Source of the DNA: Batkoa obscura
Taxonomy: Eukaryota
Assembly: GCA_030770535.1 (NCBI GenBank)
Contig: JASVEC010000003.1
Span: forward strand, 124,001 to 188,000
Direction of reading: 5' to 3'
Length of the DNA: 64,000 bases
Of this stretch, positions 40,353 to 53,258 are shown piece by piece. The translations under genes were made by a program, and so were the position numbers. Numbering within the stretch: position 1 is the first letter of the stretch; the number at the start of each line of letters is the position of its first letter. The notes under the pieces were generated by a model. The model was not told the DNA's origin, searched no databases, and saw only the letters and a program-made list of their open reading frames with translations.

Positions 40353-40892
40353 TATACCTCATAAGATAGCAATAACATTTCATTGTTTTTAATAACTGTA
40401 CAACGTAAGCTATATGATATAAATAAATATTCTAACTTAATGAAGTTCTAAATATATGGACCCTTCATCCCAAAATACTACTAGGAGCTTTTAAACACTA
40501 TAGTATTCCTCTCTAAGTTTTTACTTAAATCTTTATAAGTAGCTATATGCCTTATATTTAGACATAGTTATAATTCTGGCATTTAAATTAAAATTTGGTT
40601 AATCAAATAGGGAATTTGTTAGCTTACACTATAAGAGCTACTAAAATATTATCTTTATCTAAAAAATGTAAATGAAACAACCGACTGCTAAGCAAGCATT
40701 ACTTTATTATATATCATATTTATTGGACTTAATATATGTATAATTTTTTATGATAAAATATAAAAAAGAAAATACTAACTGGGATAAATCAATACCAAGC
40801 TAACATTGCTATAATTTTACCATGAATATTAAAGCCAACTTTCACATTGTTTTAAATTAAATTTTCAATTTGAAAATATCTATTATATTAAA

Positions 40893-40993
40893 TAGGAATG
40901 TATTTTTGTGTTTAATAATTTTACTAGCAATTTTTCCACTCAAATAGTGCTTAAAAGATGGAAAAAGTGATGAAGCCAAAAAAAACACCCTCA
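40893..40993 (+). mobile_element. MITE (diverged)
   Basis: TAGGAATGTATTTTTGTG...GAAGCCAAAAAAAACACCCTCA. Confidence 0.8.
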
Positions 40994-41496
40994 AATGTTT
41001 ACTATAAAGTCAAAAAGTTTAGCTTATAGGCGTATGTGTAAATATATACCAATATATATTTTTACATCATTTAAAGCACTAAATGAAATTTGGTTTAAAA
41101 AGATTATATTTTATTATTCAAATTCTCGATTGATAACTTTGTATTGTTTTTATGAGGATTAAAAAGGGTAAATTAAGAGCAACATGGTATAGGAAATAAA
41201 TAAAAGTTTTAAGATGTCAAGAATAAAACGCTATTTAAAACTACTTAGGCATTTAAATATCCGATATATATAAATTTTATACAGCATCTTACTATTTTTT
41301 ATCATCATTATAGTAATTATAGATATAAGTTATTCTATAAGTTTAATTGATAAAGATACTAACTATTTAAATTTTAATTTGAAGATTATTCTATAATCAT
41401 CTTATTGGCCCCATTTATCAAAAAATTTTCATATTTCATTCAACATGTTTTTTTTACAAAATGTTAGAGGTATTAATTATTTTTATTAAATTGATA

Positions 41497-41593
41497 TGGG
41501 GATATATTTTTGTCTAAAAATTTTATTGACAATCATTCCATTTAATGGCACTAATAAAATAGATAAACAAGTGAAATTTAAATAGACAACTTT
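41497..41593 (+). mobile_element. heavily degraded MITE
   Basis: TA-TGGGGATATATTTTTG start and residual internal similarity; right end approximate. Confidence 0.5.
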
Positions 41594-42463
41594 ATATTAA
41601 AAAAGTATGACTAGCGATTTATTCGGCAAAGCTGATTCGAATATGAATGGTTTTTATAGCAAAATATATATTGTAAATTAATGTAACTATATAAAAAAAG
41701 ACAGCCGTTAATTGCTTAACTACTACCGTTGATGAGCTTTTCTGTTTTTTATGTCTTTTCTCAATCCTCGTAATATTCATAGTTAAAGATTTTAAGTTTA
41801 AAATCAAATGGACAGAGAGAATATGAACTTATCACCTTTTTTTTCTTCATCATGTCTGTTACTCCTGATACAAAAAACGCCTTCTTTGATGAACTAAGCA
41901 AAATCCTAATGTAACTTAGATAAAGCTATAATAGTCTAATTAGCTTTTTTAAATTGTAATAATGAACTTTTATAATTTTACTTTTAAGCCTTTGAAGTGT
42001 TAAATTATAAAGGCTATAAAAAGTTTTGAGAATTAAATGCTAAAAATAAAAAAATATATTGAACAAAATTTTTTCTCTCTTTATATTCGATATAAAGAAG
42101 TCTATAAACTCCCTTGTTCTAATATTTAAAAATAGGTTAGCTTTAAAGCTTTTTTGATACAAAGCCATTTGATCTTCAAAACATACTAAAACGTACAAAA
42201 TGATAGCTCTGGACTGCGCCTTTATGCTGCTGTCTTTATTTTATTATATCGTTAAATGAATTTTAAATTAGAAGATAGTAAATTTTGTAGATATTTTGGA
42301 AATATTTAAAATTGCTATATTTTAACTAAAAATACTTTTAAATAAAATAATACTATTTATAAATTAATTTAAACAGAAGTTTTAAAGTTAATTCAAACTT
42401 TTAATAGTTTAAAGTAGTTTAGCAAAGCAATAAAAATTATAAAAACTAATTTTATAGCTTATA

Positions 42464-42564
42464 TGGGGATGTATTTTTATGTTTAAGAATTTCACTAATA
42501 GTCTTTCCACTTAAATAGCGCTTAAAAAATAGAAAAAGTGATGAAACCAAAAAAAACACCCCCA
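42464..42564 (+). mobile_element. MITE
   Basis: TA-TGGGGATGTATTTTT...AAAAAACACCCCCA-TA. Confidence 0.9.
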
Positions 42565-43540
42565 TATTTTGATTATTTAAACATTTATCATGCATTGTTT
42601 TTATACTAAAACTTATATACTTTATCTAATTTATTTTTTTATCTATATTTGTTTTAGTTGTATTTATTTCTATTGTTTTATATAATTTATTGATAGTATA
42701 AATTATCTCTTTATTTATTTTTTATAGTCTATATAATAACTACATACTATCTTTATAAGATAAAATCTGTCTCAACTATATAGCCTAAAGCATGTGACTA
42801 TCAACTTTGTTTAAGATTACAATGTTATTTATAACATTGTTTTTACTTAAAAACATGAAGTTTTATTATATAATTGGATTTTAAATTTTATCACATTTTC
42901 AGCTCTTTATTATAAAACACTTTTTAAAGTATAAATAAACCTGTTTTTTATTAATTTTGAATTTTGAATAGCTGCAAAAATGCACGTTTTTGTTAAAAAT
43001 TTTAAGATTTATCAAACAATAAAAAACTAAAGACGTTATAATAAAGATACAGGCCAGAGCTTTCACTACGTAGGTTTTAATATTTCATTAAGGTTTCAGG
43101 GCTTGATACTTGTTTAACTTAATAGGGTACTTCCGAATTAAAAATTTCCAATAAAAATCAGCTTTAAAATCAAAAAAGAAGAGTATACAAGTATCATTTA
43201 TATAAAAAAAGAAAAAAGGTTCTATCTATTGATATAATTTTTATTTTTGTAACTATTTTTTTGAATTATTTTAGATAATAAAAACTTTCCAGGGCCCCTA
43301 TGTGTTATAAGGTATAAAAATAAAGCAATGTGATCTTCTTGATGGCTTACATCCAATCATTTAAAAAATAACAGATGAGTATGAACAATCCTATTTCAAA
43401 TAAAGTTTATTAAGCAAAAGATAGAAATTAGCGAGTATACAATTAGTTTAATATTGAACAAACAGTGCTCTGCTTAAATCAGGTTAATTTTTTTAATAAT
43501 AGAATTAATTTTTTACTTTAGTTAAAATAGAAATGATAAG

Positions 43541-46351
43541 CTACTCTAAAGGAATCATAGGGGGTACTTCGTCAAACTCTTGGTCACTATCTTCACTCTC
43601 TTGTTCAACTTGTTCAGAATCATTATTTGATTGACTATTGTCCTGATCGTTTTTTTGCATTGAATTATCCATTCCTTTACTAAATTTATCAAACGCTCCT
43701 TGGGCCCATGGGTTTCTTGATAAATTTGGCCCTGCAATCGTTGTAGGTGTACTATCCGACCTTCTGCTGGTATCTCCAAATATATTTACTGCAGTATTTT
43801 GTGAAGTAGTATTAAAATCTTGATTTGAGTTAATGTGTTCATCACTAACTGTAGGTTGGATATTTGTTGGTTGATCATCGCTATGGTGCCTAAGATTATG
43901 TTGATCATTGTGATGCATTCTATTAATGAGGTTCGGGTTATTCATGTTTAAATCTGTCTCGCCTAAAGATTCTGTAAGCACAGAGGCAACACTAGCTAAA
44001 TGCTTCTGCATACGCCATAACAAATCCAATCTCTTGGCGACCGCATCTCTAGTGTGACTATCTAATACCTTGATTTCTTCACTGGTTAATGGCTCTGGTG
44101 GTAGTAGAACATCTGGAATCCCATGACGGCCTGATCTACCAAACCAAGGCTCATCTAATGGAATCAGCTCAGGTAAATTGTCAACATTGAGATTTTGCTC
44201 TAATTCTGTGTTATTTAAGAAACTCTGTAAATTTTGATTGGTCTGGAAAACGGATTAGTATTATTTAACTAAGCTATTATTAAAACCTTACTCTGCCATT
44301 AGCATCGCTTGCTGTACCATTATTCAAGTTTGAACTAGATCCAAAAATATTGCTTGATGATTGAGTATGCTCAGAGTATGTATTAAGTCTGTTAGTTGAC
44401 GGAATACTAGAGGTTGAAATTGATGGAACATTATGAATCGAGTTCGATCCAGCGCCAATATCTTGGGAAGAATTCCACCTCAAATCTTCAAGGATACTTT
44501 CCACATCAATATGCCTTCTCGCATCTCTAGCATCTGTACTCACTTGATTTGGGAATGTATTTGTTTGCATATTAGAGCTAGTTGTATTACCGTTGAGTGT
44601 ATTTGACGTCATGTTTACTACATTCGAGGAGGCTTGACTTGTTGATTGTGGAAAAAAATTATTCCCTCTAATTGGCTGTTGAGATGGATTTATGCTTGTA
44701 CCTTGGTAAGTTGATTGTCCCGAGTTTGTCAAGCTACTATTTCCAAAAGCCTGTGTAGCTCTTGAAGATGATTGTTGAGGAAATGAAGTATAAACCCCAC
44801 TTGATTCAGCATGTTGACTATTTGAGTTATTTTGGCTTGAAAATCTATTTCTAAATGTTGAACTACTAGTAGATTGATTGCCATAGTTATTATTAAATCT
44901 TAATTCATCATTGGTAGGCATAAATGGATTGCCCCTAACCGGTGGATCAGGGTAATGTATAGAATCTTCAACTAAATCTCTAAAGTTGTTTTGATTGGGA
45001 CTTGATGATGGATCAATATAATCTTCAGGTGCTGGTGGTGTTGGTGGAGGAGGAGGGGTGGGAGGCTGAGGTGGATTGTTTCTGTTGGAGTCATTTAAAA
45101 CAGGTGAGCGACATGTTGGACAGGATTGCTGTCTTTCAAGCCACGAGCGTAAACAACTAAAATGGAATACATGTCCACAAGGAAGCTTTTTAGGAATATC
45201 TGATGATCCTTCATTCCTTCCTTCTCTTTGGACATTAGTATTGTCTCGATGAACCATTTCTTCTCTACAAATAATGCATGTAGGATCCGACATTCTACTT
45301 AATTCTTCTGGAGTAGCGTCTGGGTAGCGTTCATTCATGTTACGAGTAGCTTGGCGATATCTTATCAAATCGCGGCATTTCTGTAAAAATGATCTTAAAG
45401 TCACATAGATATCACGCAAAATATGAAGTGGGATTCCAAATTGAATAAGGACAATACCAAAGAATATTATATAAATTAGCAATTTTATAAAATCTATTTG
45501 AAAAATTAATTATAATAAAATCTTACTTTAAAGGCTTACCTATGATAAGTTCAAGATAAAAAATATATAAAGACTTGTTTTCCCAAGTCTCTTCAGTTCT
45601 AGAATCAATGACGTGTAATACATATTTTGAGTAAGTTGCTAAAACAGCAGCTGCTAGAATAGCATACTAAACATAAATTAATAAATTATATTGAATAAGT
45701 AAAATAGTAACCTCAAACCCAAAAACAATTAACATAGTAGGGCCTATAGTGAGGGTATTATCCACAGTATAAAGAACGAAAAGAAGGTCGGTGATCAATA
45801 AATTGATCATTAAAACTGTCATGCGAATATGAAAATGAAAAGGCAAAGTCGCAGACTGTTCCATCTATTGAAACATTAGTTAGAGCAAATGAGAAATGAT
45901 TAAACTTACAAAATCTACTCGATCCTGACACAGCCAGTGAAAAATTTTAACAAATAATAATGAAATAAATAAAACCACAAATTGAGAATCAAATTCATCC
46001 CTAAATATAGTCATAGCCAAACATGTTTCAGTCACAGCAAACCATGATCTTTCATACAAATGTTCAACTTCAATTGCTCTTAATGGCCCAAAAAAGATTG
46101 CTTGTAATAATTTTCCCAACATTAAAGTAGTAAAGATACCAAAATTTAACAAGATCTAAGATAAAAAAGTATTAGTTAATTTTTATTTATGTAAAGATTT
46201 TATTTTTGATTATTAAATTTACCAATAGTGATGGTGAAGACTGTGATAGTTGAATAGCCGACGTATAAAAGTTGGATCTTTGGGAAAAAGTTGAGTATAG
46301 AACAAAAGCGGTAAGCGCAGTGCTTATACCACCATAAACAGCTAACCTCAT
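43541..46351 (-). CDS. HRD1: ERAD E3 ubiquitin ligase Hrd1/synoviolin, 6 exons
   Basis: FFGPLRAIEVEHLYERSWFAVTETCLAMTIFRDEF, KIFHWLCQDRVDFMEQ, RING-H2 CIICREEM..PKKLPCGHVFHFSCLRSWLERQQSCPTCR. Confidence 0.95.
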
Positions 46352-46582
46352 CTTTATATAATTTTGAGTAGCAGTTTAAACTAGTTTTTAGCTTTTTATG
46401 ATATTTGCTTTTAAGTGTGATTAAAAAGATGCTAGTTTACTGGTCTTATTTTTAGTTTCATACTTTCTTAGTCCCTTTTTTAACCAATTATTTGCTTCAA
46501 ACTCATTCAGCTTCTTTTAGAGTGAGGTAATCACGCTAACATTACTTTGTATGGCTGAAATAAAAATAAATTCAAAATAATA

Positions 46583-46681
46583 TGGGGGTGTTTATTTAGT
46601 TTCATTGCTTTTTCCATTTTTAAGTGCTATTGAGTGTAAAAGATACTTATAATCTTTTAAACAAAGAAAGACATCCCTACA
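46583..46681 (-). mobile_element. MITE (diverged)
   Basis: TA-TGGGGGTGTTT...AAAGACATCCCTACA. Confidence 0.7.
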
Positions 46682-46734
46682 TAAAAATAAGTTTTAATTA
46701 TATAAAGCTGAGCATTTTTAATTTAACAAACATA

Positions 46735-46835
46735 TGGGGATGTTTTTTTTGGTTTCATTACTTTTTCCATTTTTTGAGCGCTATTTGAGCGGAAAAATTG
46801 TTAGTAAAATTCTTAAACAAAAAAATACGTCCCCA
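46735..46835 (-). mobile_element. MITE
   Basis: TA-TGGGGATGTTTT...AAAAATACGTCCCCA-TA. Confidence 0.9.
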
Positions 46836-47122
46836 TATAAAAGTATAGTCTAAATATTTATTAAGCATCCTTAGAGCTTATATATAAAATAGTGCTAAAA
46901 GATAATATGGGAAATATTTTAAAAGTTTCAATATAGTTAGTTATGTTACTTATCCTAATTTCAGTTTAAACAATAAACAATGTTTAAATTACGTTTTGGT
47001 TACAAAGTAAATTATTTATAAATTAAATAAAACAAAAATGGCATGAGTAATGGTTAAAGTATTATTTATTTTATTATATTGATTTAGAATGAAAGTAATA
47101 AACTAACTATACAATATTAAAA

Positions 47123-48763
47123 TTAGTCTAAAATCTTATTTTGATTCAATTCCAATTCCAACTCATTTTTAAACTGTGTTTCAGATAATACATTTTCAAG
47201 TTTAGTTCCTAATACTGAATCTTTATATATAAACTCCATCGTTGATCCTGAATTGTATTTTTCTTTACCATTATTATTACCATCAAACTTCAATTTTAAA
47301 AAATTATCACTTTCAAAATAAGCATCATTATTCTCATCAAACTTGTTTGCAACGATAACAGCCTCTCTGGCTTCTTCATCACTGTTACCTTGAGCTTCAT
47401 CTTTCATAAAATAATCGTTTACCCTGGAAATGGTTTCAATTACAGACGGGGGCTCAATATTAAACTTAAACTCTTTAATGCTGAGGTCTTCAGAAATATT
47501 AATTTCATCTTTAAGCATTGTAGATTGAGAGTAATTTTTTGTAAGTACCGATTCTCGATTTAAAGAAGATTGTATCCCCATTTCAGCTTCGAAATCGTTA
47601 TTTAAATTTAATATACTGATTGATGTAAGGGTTTGAATTTGCTCAAAATTTTGCTCAAAAACTATTTCATTTTGATCGATAGATAATACTTCAGGAGAAG
47701 GGAGACTAGGATGAGCATCATCTAACGAATTTATCGTATTTATAATTTCGAGAGAGGATGATTGATACATCTCTCTTATCCAGCCAGCGATAAGGATGCC
47801 AACAACTGCAATTGAAATCAATGCTAGACACCATAAAACTGAGATGATATCAACCAAAACACCGATTTTTGGTGCTGAAGGCATCATATTTCTTAAAGAG
47901 TTTACATTAAATAATAAACTTAGTCCTAAATTTAAATCTGGTAATAAAAAATCTCTCTTAAAAACAACAATACGTAAAGCCAAAAGAAAATAGCTGATGG
48001 CAAAACCCCATAGTATAAACATACATAGCATGGTAATGATAATTGTTGTAGCTGAACGCTGTATTACTAGCGTAGCTTTATTGTTTGCTATAACCACTTT
48101 AGAACGAAATAGTAAGATGGAAGAGTCCAAATAATAATAAACTGGAACAGTTTGATTATTAGATAATACAGCTTTTGATTTCAAAGGATAAGTATATTTA
48201 TCAAAAGGATAAAAAAGACTGGTACCAGAATGAAATTTAAAATTGTTGTTTTTAGCATTAAACTCGTAGATAAAGAATTCTTTACCATCATATTCAATTT
48301 CAGCTTGCTCATCAAACGAAAATTTTAGATTACTCTTTTTGATTGACTTCATTAAACCATCCCCAATCCCAAAATCAATAAACACTGTGGCTGCTTTACT
48401 TTTTATATTAATCTTTCGTATCCTTATCTTACCATAAATCCCATTTTCAAACTTCGTTTCAGGCTCCATGTTTTTGATATCTGTCCTTTGCCATTTGTAA
48501 TGTAATGTGATCAAGGCAATAAATAAGCTTAAGAAGAAACAAATAATCAAAGCTATACTCAAATAGCGTCCTTTTTTAGTCCTTAAACACTTTACTTTTC
48601 TTGTGTCTATCTCTTCTTCTTCTATCTCGTTTAGTAATGGTGTTGTGTCTAATACGCTTTCTGGTGAGTTGTTTTGGCTTATCAAAGAAGCCAGCGAATC
48701 TAAATCGACAGTGTCCTGCTGTGCCTCGGGTGATAGAAAAGGTCGTAGCCTATCCTCATTCAT
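47123..48763 (-). CDS. DUF4436-like membrane protein
   Basis: N-terminal TM, beta-rich ectodomain with GTSLFYPFDKY, IQRS, then three TM with LLFNVNSLRNMMPSAPKIGVLVD; acidic tail; intronless. Confidence 0.7.
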   Translation of the reverse strand: MNEDRLRPFLSPEAQQDTVDLDSLASLISQNNSPESVLDTTPLLNEIEEEEIDTRKVKCLRTKKGRYLSIALIICFFLSLFIALITLHYKWQRTDIKNMEPETKFENGIYGKIRIRKINIKSKAATVFIDFGIGDGLMKSIKKSNLKFSFDEQAEIEYDGKEFFIYEFNAKNNNFKFHSGTSLFYPFDKYTYPLKSKAVLSNNQTVPVYYYLDSSILLFRSKVVIANNKATLVIQRSATTIIITMLCMFILWGFAISYFLLALRIVVFKRDFLLPDLNLGLSLLFNVNSLRNMMPSAPKIGVLVDIISVLWCLALISIAVVGILIAGWIREMYQSSSLEIINTINSLDDAHPSLPSPEVLSIDQNEIVFEQNFEQIQTLTSISILNLNNDFEAEMGIQSSLNRESVLTKNYSQSTMLKDEINISEDLSIKEFKFNIEPPSVIETISRVNDYFMKDEAQGNSDEEAREAVIVANKFDENNDAYFESDNFLKLKFDGNNNGKEKYNSGSTMEFIYKDSVLGTKLENVLSETQFKNELELELNQNKILD

Positions 48764-49476
48764 TTAAGTATTCATTAAATAAAAATAACTAATAGTCAAT
48801 TTTCAAGCTTTATTTTTATTGTTTATGAACTTCCTTTTAAGGTAATTCATTGGCTTTCCCAATTTATTAATGTTCAAGTTTCGAACCAAAGTGTTAAGGA
48901 ACATTAAATTTTAATTAAATGATTTCTAGATTAATTAATTACAAGGTGTAATTTATTTTCGAAAATAAGATAGTTGCAAAATACAAAATGAACAGAAGAA
49001 AGTTAAGATCAAAGCGATTATTGAATAATAGCTCTACTATATATTTTTTAAATGACCAAGTATATACTTTATTTTATTAATTTTTTTAAAATGTTTTTAC
49101 TTTAAAATAGAATATTATTGATTTATAAAAATAATTCCGCTAGTTGAATATTGTTTCTATTTGCAATAAATTAAAATTGGAGAAGCATTGGAAATGATTA
49201 AGTAGTATTTAAAATTCACTTTATCAAAAGATAATTTAATAAGATTAACAATTAATTTTGAAATTGTCACCGGTTATTTACTATATTACGGTATCAAAAA
49301 AATCAGATAAGTACTACTTTGATCATGTTGATATATTGTACAATATTTATATCAAGTTAAATTGAAAATCCTGATAAGTGGAACCTTAAAACTAACTGTA
49401 GACACTAAATCAATACTGATAGTTATAATCATCCAAAAGTCAAACTTAATTACAAAAAGTTTATTATTTTCTAACA

Positions 49477-51553
49477 TCATGTCTTAATCTCATAAATCAA
49501 AAACAGTACGACAACCAAAAGCATAGCTAAAAGCAAGGTTAACATCTACAATTAAAAATATAAAAAAACTTACTAATAGATTTCGTAGTAATATAGGGTT
49601 TTTGAAAAATAACCTGATGCTCCCCTAACTTTCCATAAAATAAAGTGCCCTCCTTTGACAGTAAAACTAAATAAAATATATAAATAAATAAAAAGCAAAG
49701 CTAAACCTTCTACCTAGCATTGTGTAATCTTCTAAATCCCATAATGAATACGCCAATATTTCCTTTGACGAAGTGGTTCTACCAATATACTTAAACCTTT
49801 TCAATCCCTTACTCTTTGCCCCATAAAAGGAGTGAATTTCACTTTCACCGACATATACTGAACTACGTCTCAATCCTAATCAAGTTAAATTAAATTCGTT
49901 TAACAAAAATAACAGTATATGTACCATTAAGATTTGAAAATATCAAAAACTGGTTATCCTGGGTTTGAATAACAACAAACGTGTGGTTATCATTGACCTT
50001 GATCATCTTACTCGATGAAGCAAAATAAAGGTTCCAATCATGCGATGTATCTGGCTCAAGCGTGTCGTCATCAATAAAGGAGGTATGTAGGCTTGTACCA
50101 TATAGATAGTTGTTCATCATTAATACTTTACTATTATTATCTAATTCAATCAAATTGCGGTAAAACGGGATTGTTATATATGTCTTATCATGGTCCACAT
50201 AATATTTTATATCAGGTAAATGTTCTCGATTTAATAATGAAAAGTAGATACTTTTACTATTTGGATTGAATCCTGAATTGTAATATTCACTATATTCATG
50301 GGTAAGCTTATTAACTATCTATAGTTTAAAAGTAAATTAGCATATTTGAAAATAGATTTGAATTTACGCTAATGTTGTTTTCTTTCCAATTAAATCTATT
50401 CTCAACAGCAGTACATTGCTGTTCAAATACATTTTGTTTTTTTGTTTGATACACGGTGAGATCTTTATAATTCCATATGTATAAAAAAGTAACTAAAGTT
50501 TGTTCTTTGATTGTTAAATAACTTTCTAAAATAGAAAAGCCATCACTAAAAAACAAAAAATTAATTCAATACTATAAACTTATCATATAATACTGTTTAC
50601 CGCTTAGATTCACTTAGAGAGATATAATTTATTTTTGAATAAGCAGCCTGTTTTAAGTTGACTGATTTTGATTTAAACCTTCTGGTACTAGGAGGTCCAA
50701 TAATAACCCGATTAAACCTTTGCTTTATATTGTTTTTATCTTTAAATGTTTTATCCATTTCAACGACATAAAACAGCTTTTCATCATTTTTTCTAACTCC
50801 ATTATTTAATGTTGTATCTTAATTTAAAAGTTCTTACCTAGAATAAATGACTTTTCTATTCACGATATTTAATGCTTCCGTTGACCCATATCCCGGTAGC
50901 TCATACTCTTGATATTTAAATCGATTGTCTATTACTGTTCATAGTTAGTAAAAACAATAAATCTTTATAAGTATTATTTATTAATCTTACCTTCAAAGGC
51001 ATTTAAATAATAGTTTCTCAGAACTGTTTTTGTACTAAACTCTCTTCTAATTTCATACTGTATAGTAATAATGAAATTCTCTTCGTCATGAAATGCATTG
51101 ATAAATACGCCAGGTAATTTATGTTTAAAATAATAACTCCAATTTGAGGTATTTGTATTTTCTAAAATGAAACAATTAATTGAAAAATTACTATTTTAAC
51201 TTTACTCACCTTGAATCTCCCTTGGATCAAATATTTCTTCTTTACTTCTAAAATAAACAATCCCTAAAATCAAATGGTTTGTTAGCATGGTTAAAGTTTA
51301 AAATTAACGACCTACCATTTGAATAGCCATCAACTAAGCTGCTACTATCATCTCCAACCGAAAAATAGGCTATCTTTTTCTTAAATTGAAATAAAAATGT
51401 TTTTGAGTTTTCTGGTAATCTAAAATCCTCTATTTTATCCCTCCTTAATAGGTAATAATTTTCATTATCTATCTCGTTGCCTCCTAGTTTCATAATTATA
51501 AATATAAATCCGAGCCCCAATAGGCCCATGATTAGAGCTGAACGAAAACCCAT
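49477..51553 (-). CDS. uncharacterised multi-exon membrane-anchored protein
   Basis: Hydrophobic N-terminus, chain of minus-strand exons with GT-AG boundaries, hydrophobic C-terminus MLTLLLAMLLVVVLFLIYEIKT*; exon phases not all verified. Confidence 0.6.
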
Positions 51554-52215
51554 CCTTGTCTTTAGTATTTAAGTGTAGAATAGAAAAAAAGAATTTTTGG
51601 TTTGTTTTTAAATATTATATTCTTTAAAATATGACCTCATGAGCCTTTAAGCCACTTATATAATTGGTAAGTAATAGGCGAGAAGGAAAGGTTTTGAGTG
51701 GAGTTATACAATTAATGCTATGATATTATTGTATGTATTTTAAATATATATATTGCTTCAAATTAAATTAAATTAAATTACGAAATAGCTTTTAAGACAA
51801 GTAATTCTGTCAAATATTATCATTATAATTTTTTAAATAAGATTTAAATAATGTTATCAATATTTGTGATATTGGATAACAGAGTCCAAACCTTTCAATC
51901 ACCATTTAAATAAAAAGTAAGTTTTCAAATATTGTTTATGATATTGTATTTTAAGGTCCTTTTTATGTGGTACTTTAATTCAATTAGTTAAATTTTGACT
52001 TATATCAAAAATGATTGTTCTAATAGTTTTCAGCCTATACTTCAATAACAATTAACAAATATCATCAAAAGGGTACCAAATTTAAATATTTATTTTTTTA
52101 TGAGAGCATTGCAAATAATAATATCTTTAAGTTATGACTTTCTAAAAACATCAAAACTTCAGTTTGGGTATTTCCATTAAACCAATTATTAAGCCATTAC
52201 AAGCCAGTGATGAAC

Positions 52216-53001
52216 TTATCTTTTAATAACACCAAGATAATCATCTAACATGGATCCAATAGCAACCTAAAAAAATTCCAGAACCTTAATAATAAGTAAT
52301 CCAAAAATTTACCACCGCATTTGCATCAACTCTAGTAGATATAATTTTAACTCGGATAGCTGTATCTTTGCCAATAACCTTATTTATAATAAAAATATTA
52401 TTTTTAACATATTTTAAAATTTTACTTGATCCTCAAAACTAAAGCAGTTATTTATCCCTGCAGAATCATGAGTAAATCTCGAGGGTATATTCTATTTACA
52501 TAATTAATTTATCGAACAAAACTTTAATTATAAAGTTTACTATCTTTGAAATAAAAATACTCAGTGGTCCGCACATTGCAAAGAACCCTTGCTATTCATA
52601 TTATTAAATCAAAGCTTAAAAAACTACTAATCTATCTTACTGAGTTCACACTTGCAACCACCGCGTCGACTACTTCCCCTTTCATAGGTTTTAAAACAAT
52701 GGCATTATACTTGACATCAAACTCAGCAAGTCCATTTCCTGGTATAATTTTACCACTTGAAATCTCAGCCAAACTTACCACACATATTATATACCCATAA
52801 AGACCAGAGCATTTTCCTTCCACATCATTATGTACTTTTTCTTGAATTTGACTTCTTAATGTTGTGCCAAAGAAAGAGGGATGTAATTGAATGGTGTGGG
52901 ATAATTGTTTCTAGATTATTAATTTTAGTTTTAATCAGCCATAAAGGGAGTCCGTATTATTTTTTGCGTCTTTTGCTGTGCTTGCTTACCAAATAAAACA
53001 T
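52216..53001 (-). CDS. RPB7: RNA polymerase II subunit Rpb7, multi-exon
   Basis: MFYL|KQLSHTIQLHPSFFG, DVEGKCSGLYGYIICV, KPMKGEVVDAVV, GFFAMCGPLSIFIS, AIGSMLDDYLG. Confidence 0.92.
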
Positions 53002-53258
53002 TTTAAATAAAATTTGAAAAAAAATAAAATTAAAGATCATGAATTATATTTTTAGTACTACAAGTCAGCCAATTAAATTCATTTTGAAAAGTTTAAGTAA
53101 ATAACAATTCATCACCACGCTGCTATTAAACAGTAACAATTTTTATAGTATATTTGAAAAATAGATGGTCACATTAATAATTAAAATAACAAAATCAAAA
53201 AGTGATAAAAGTTTAATATGTTTTTTGAAATATCTACTATTTAAAATAGAACAATAAT

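Noticed and set aside
46583..46835. Adjacent MITE pair as a second composite element
   Set aside because: Copies differ in age and no duplicate of the unit is present in the window.
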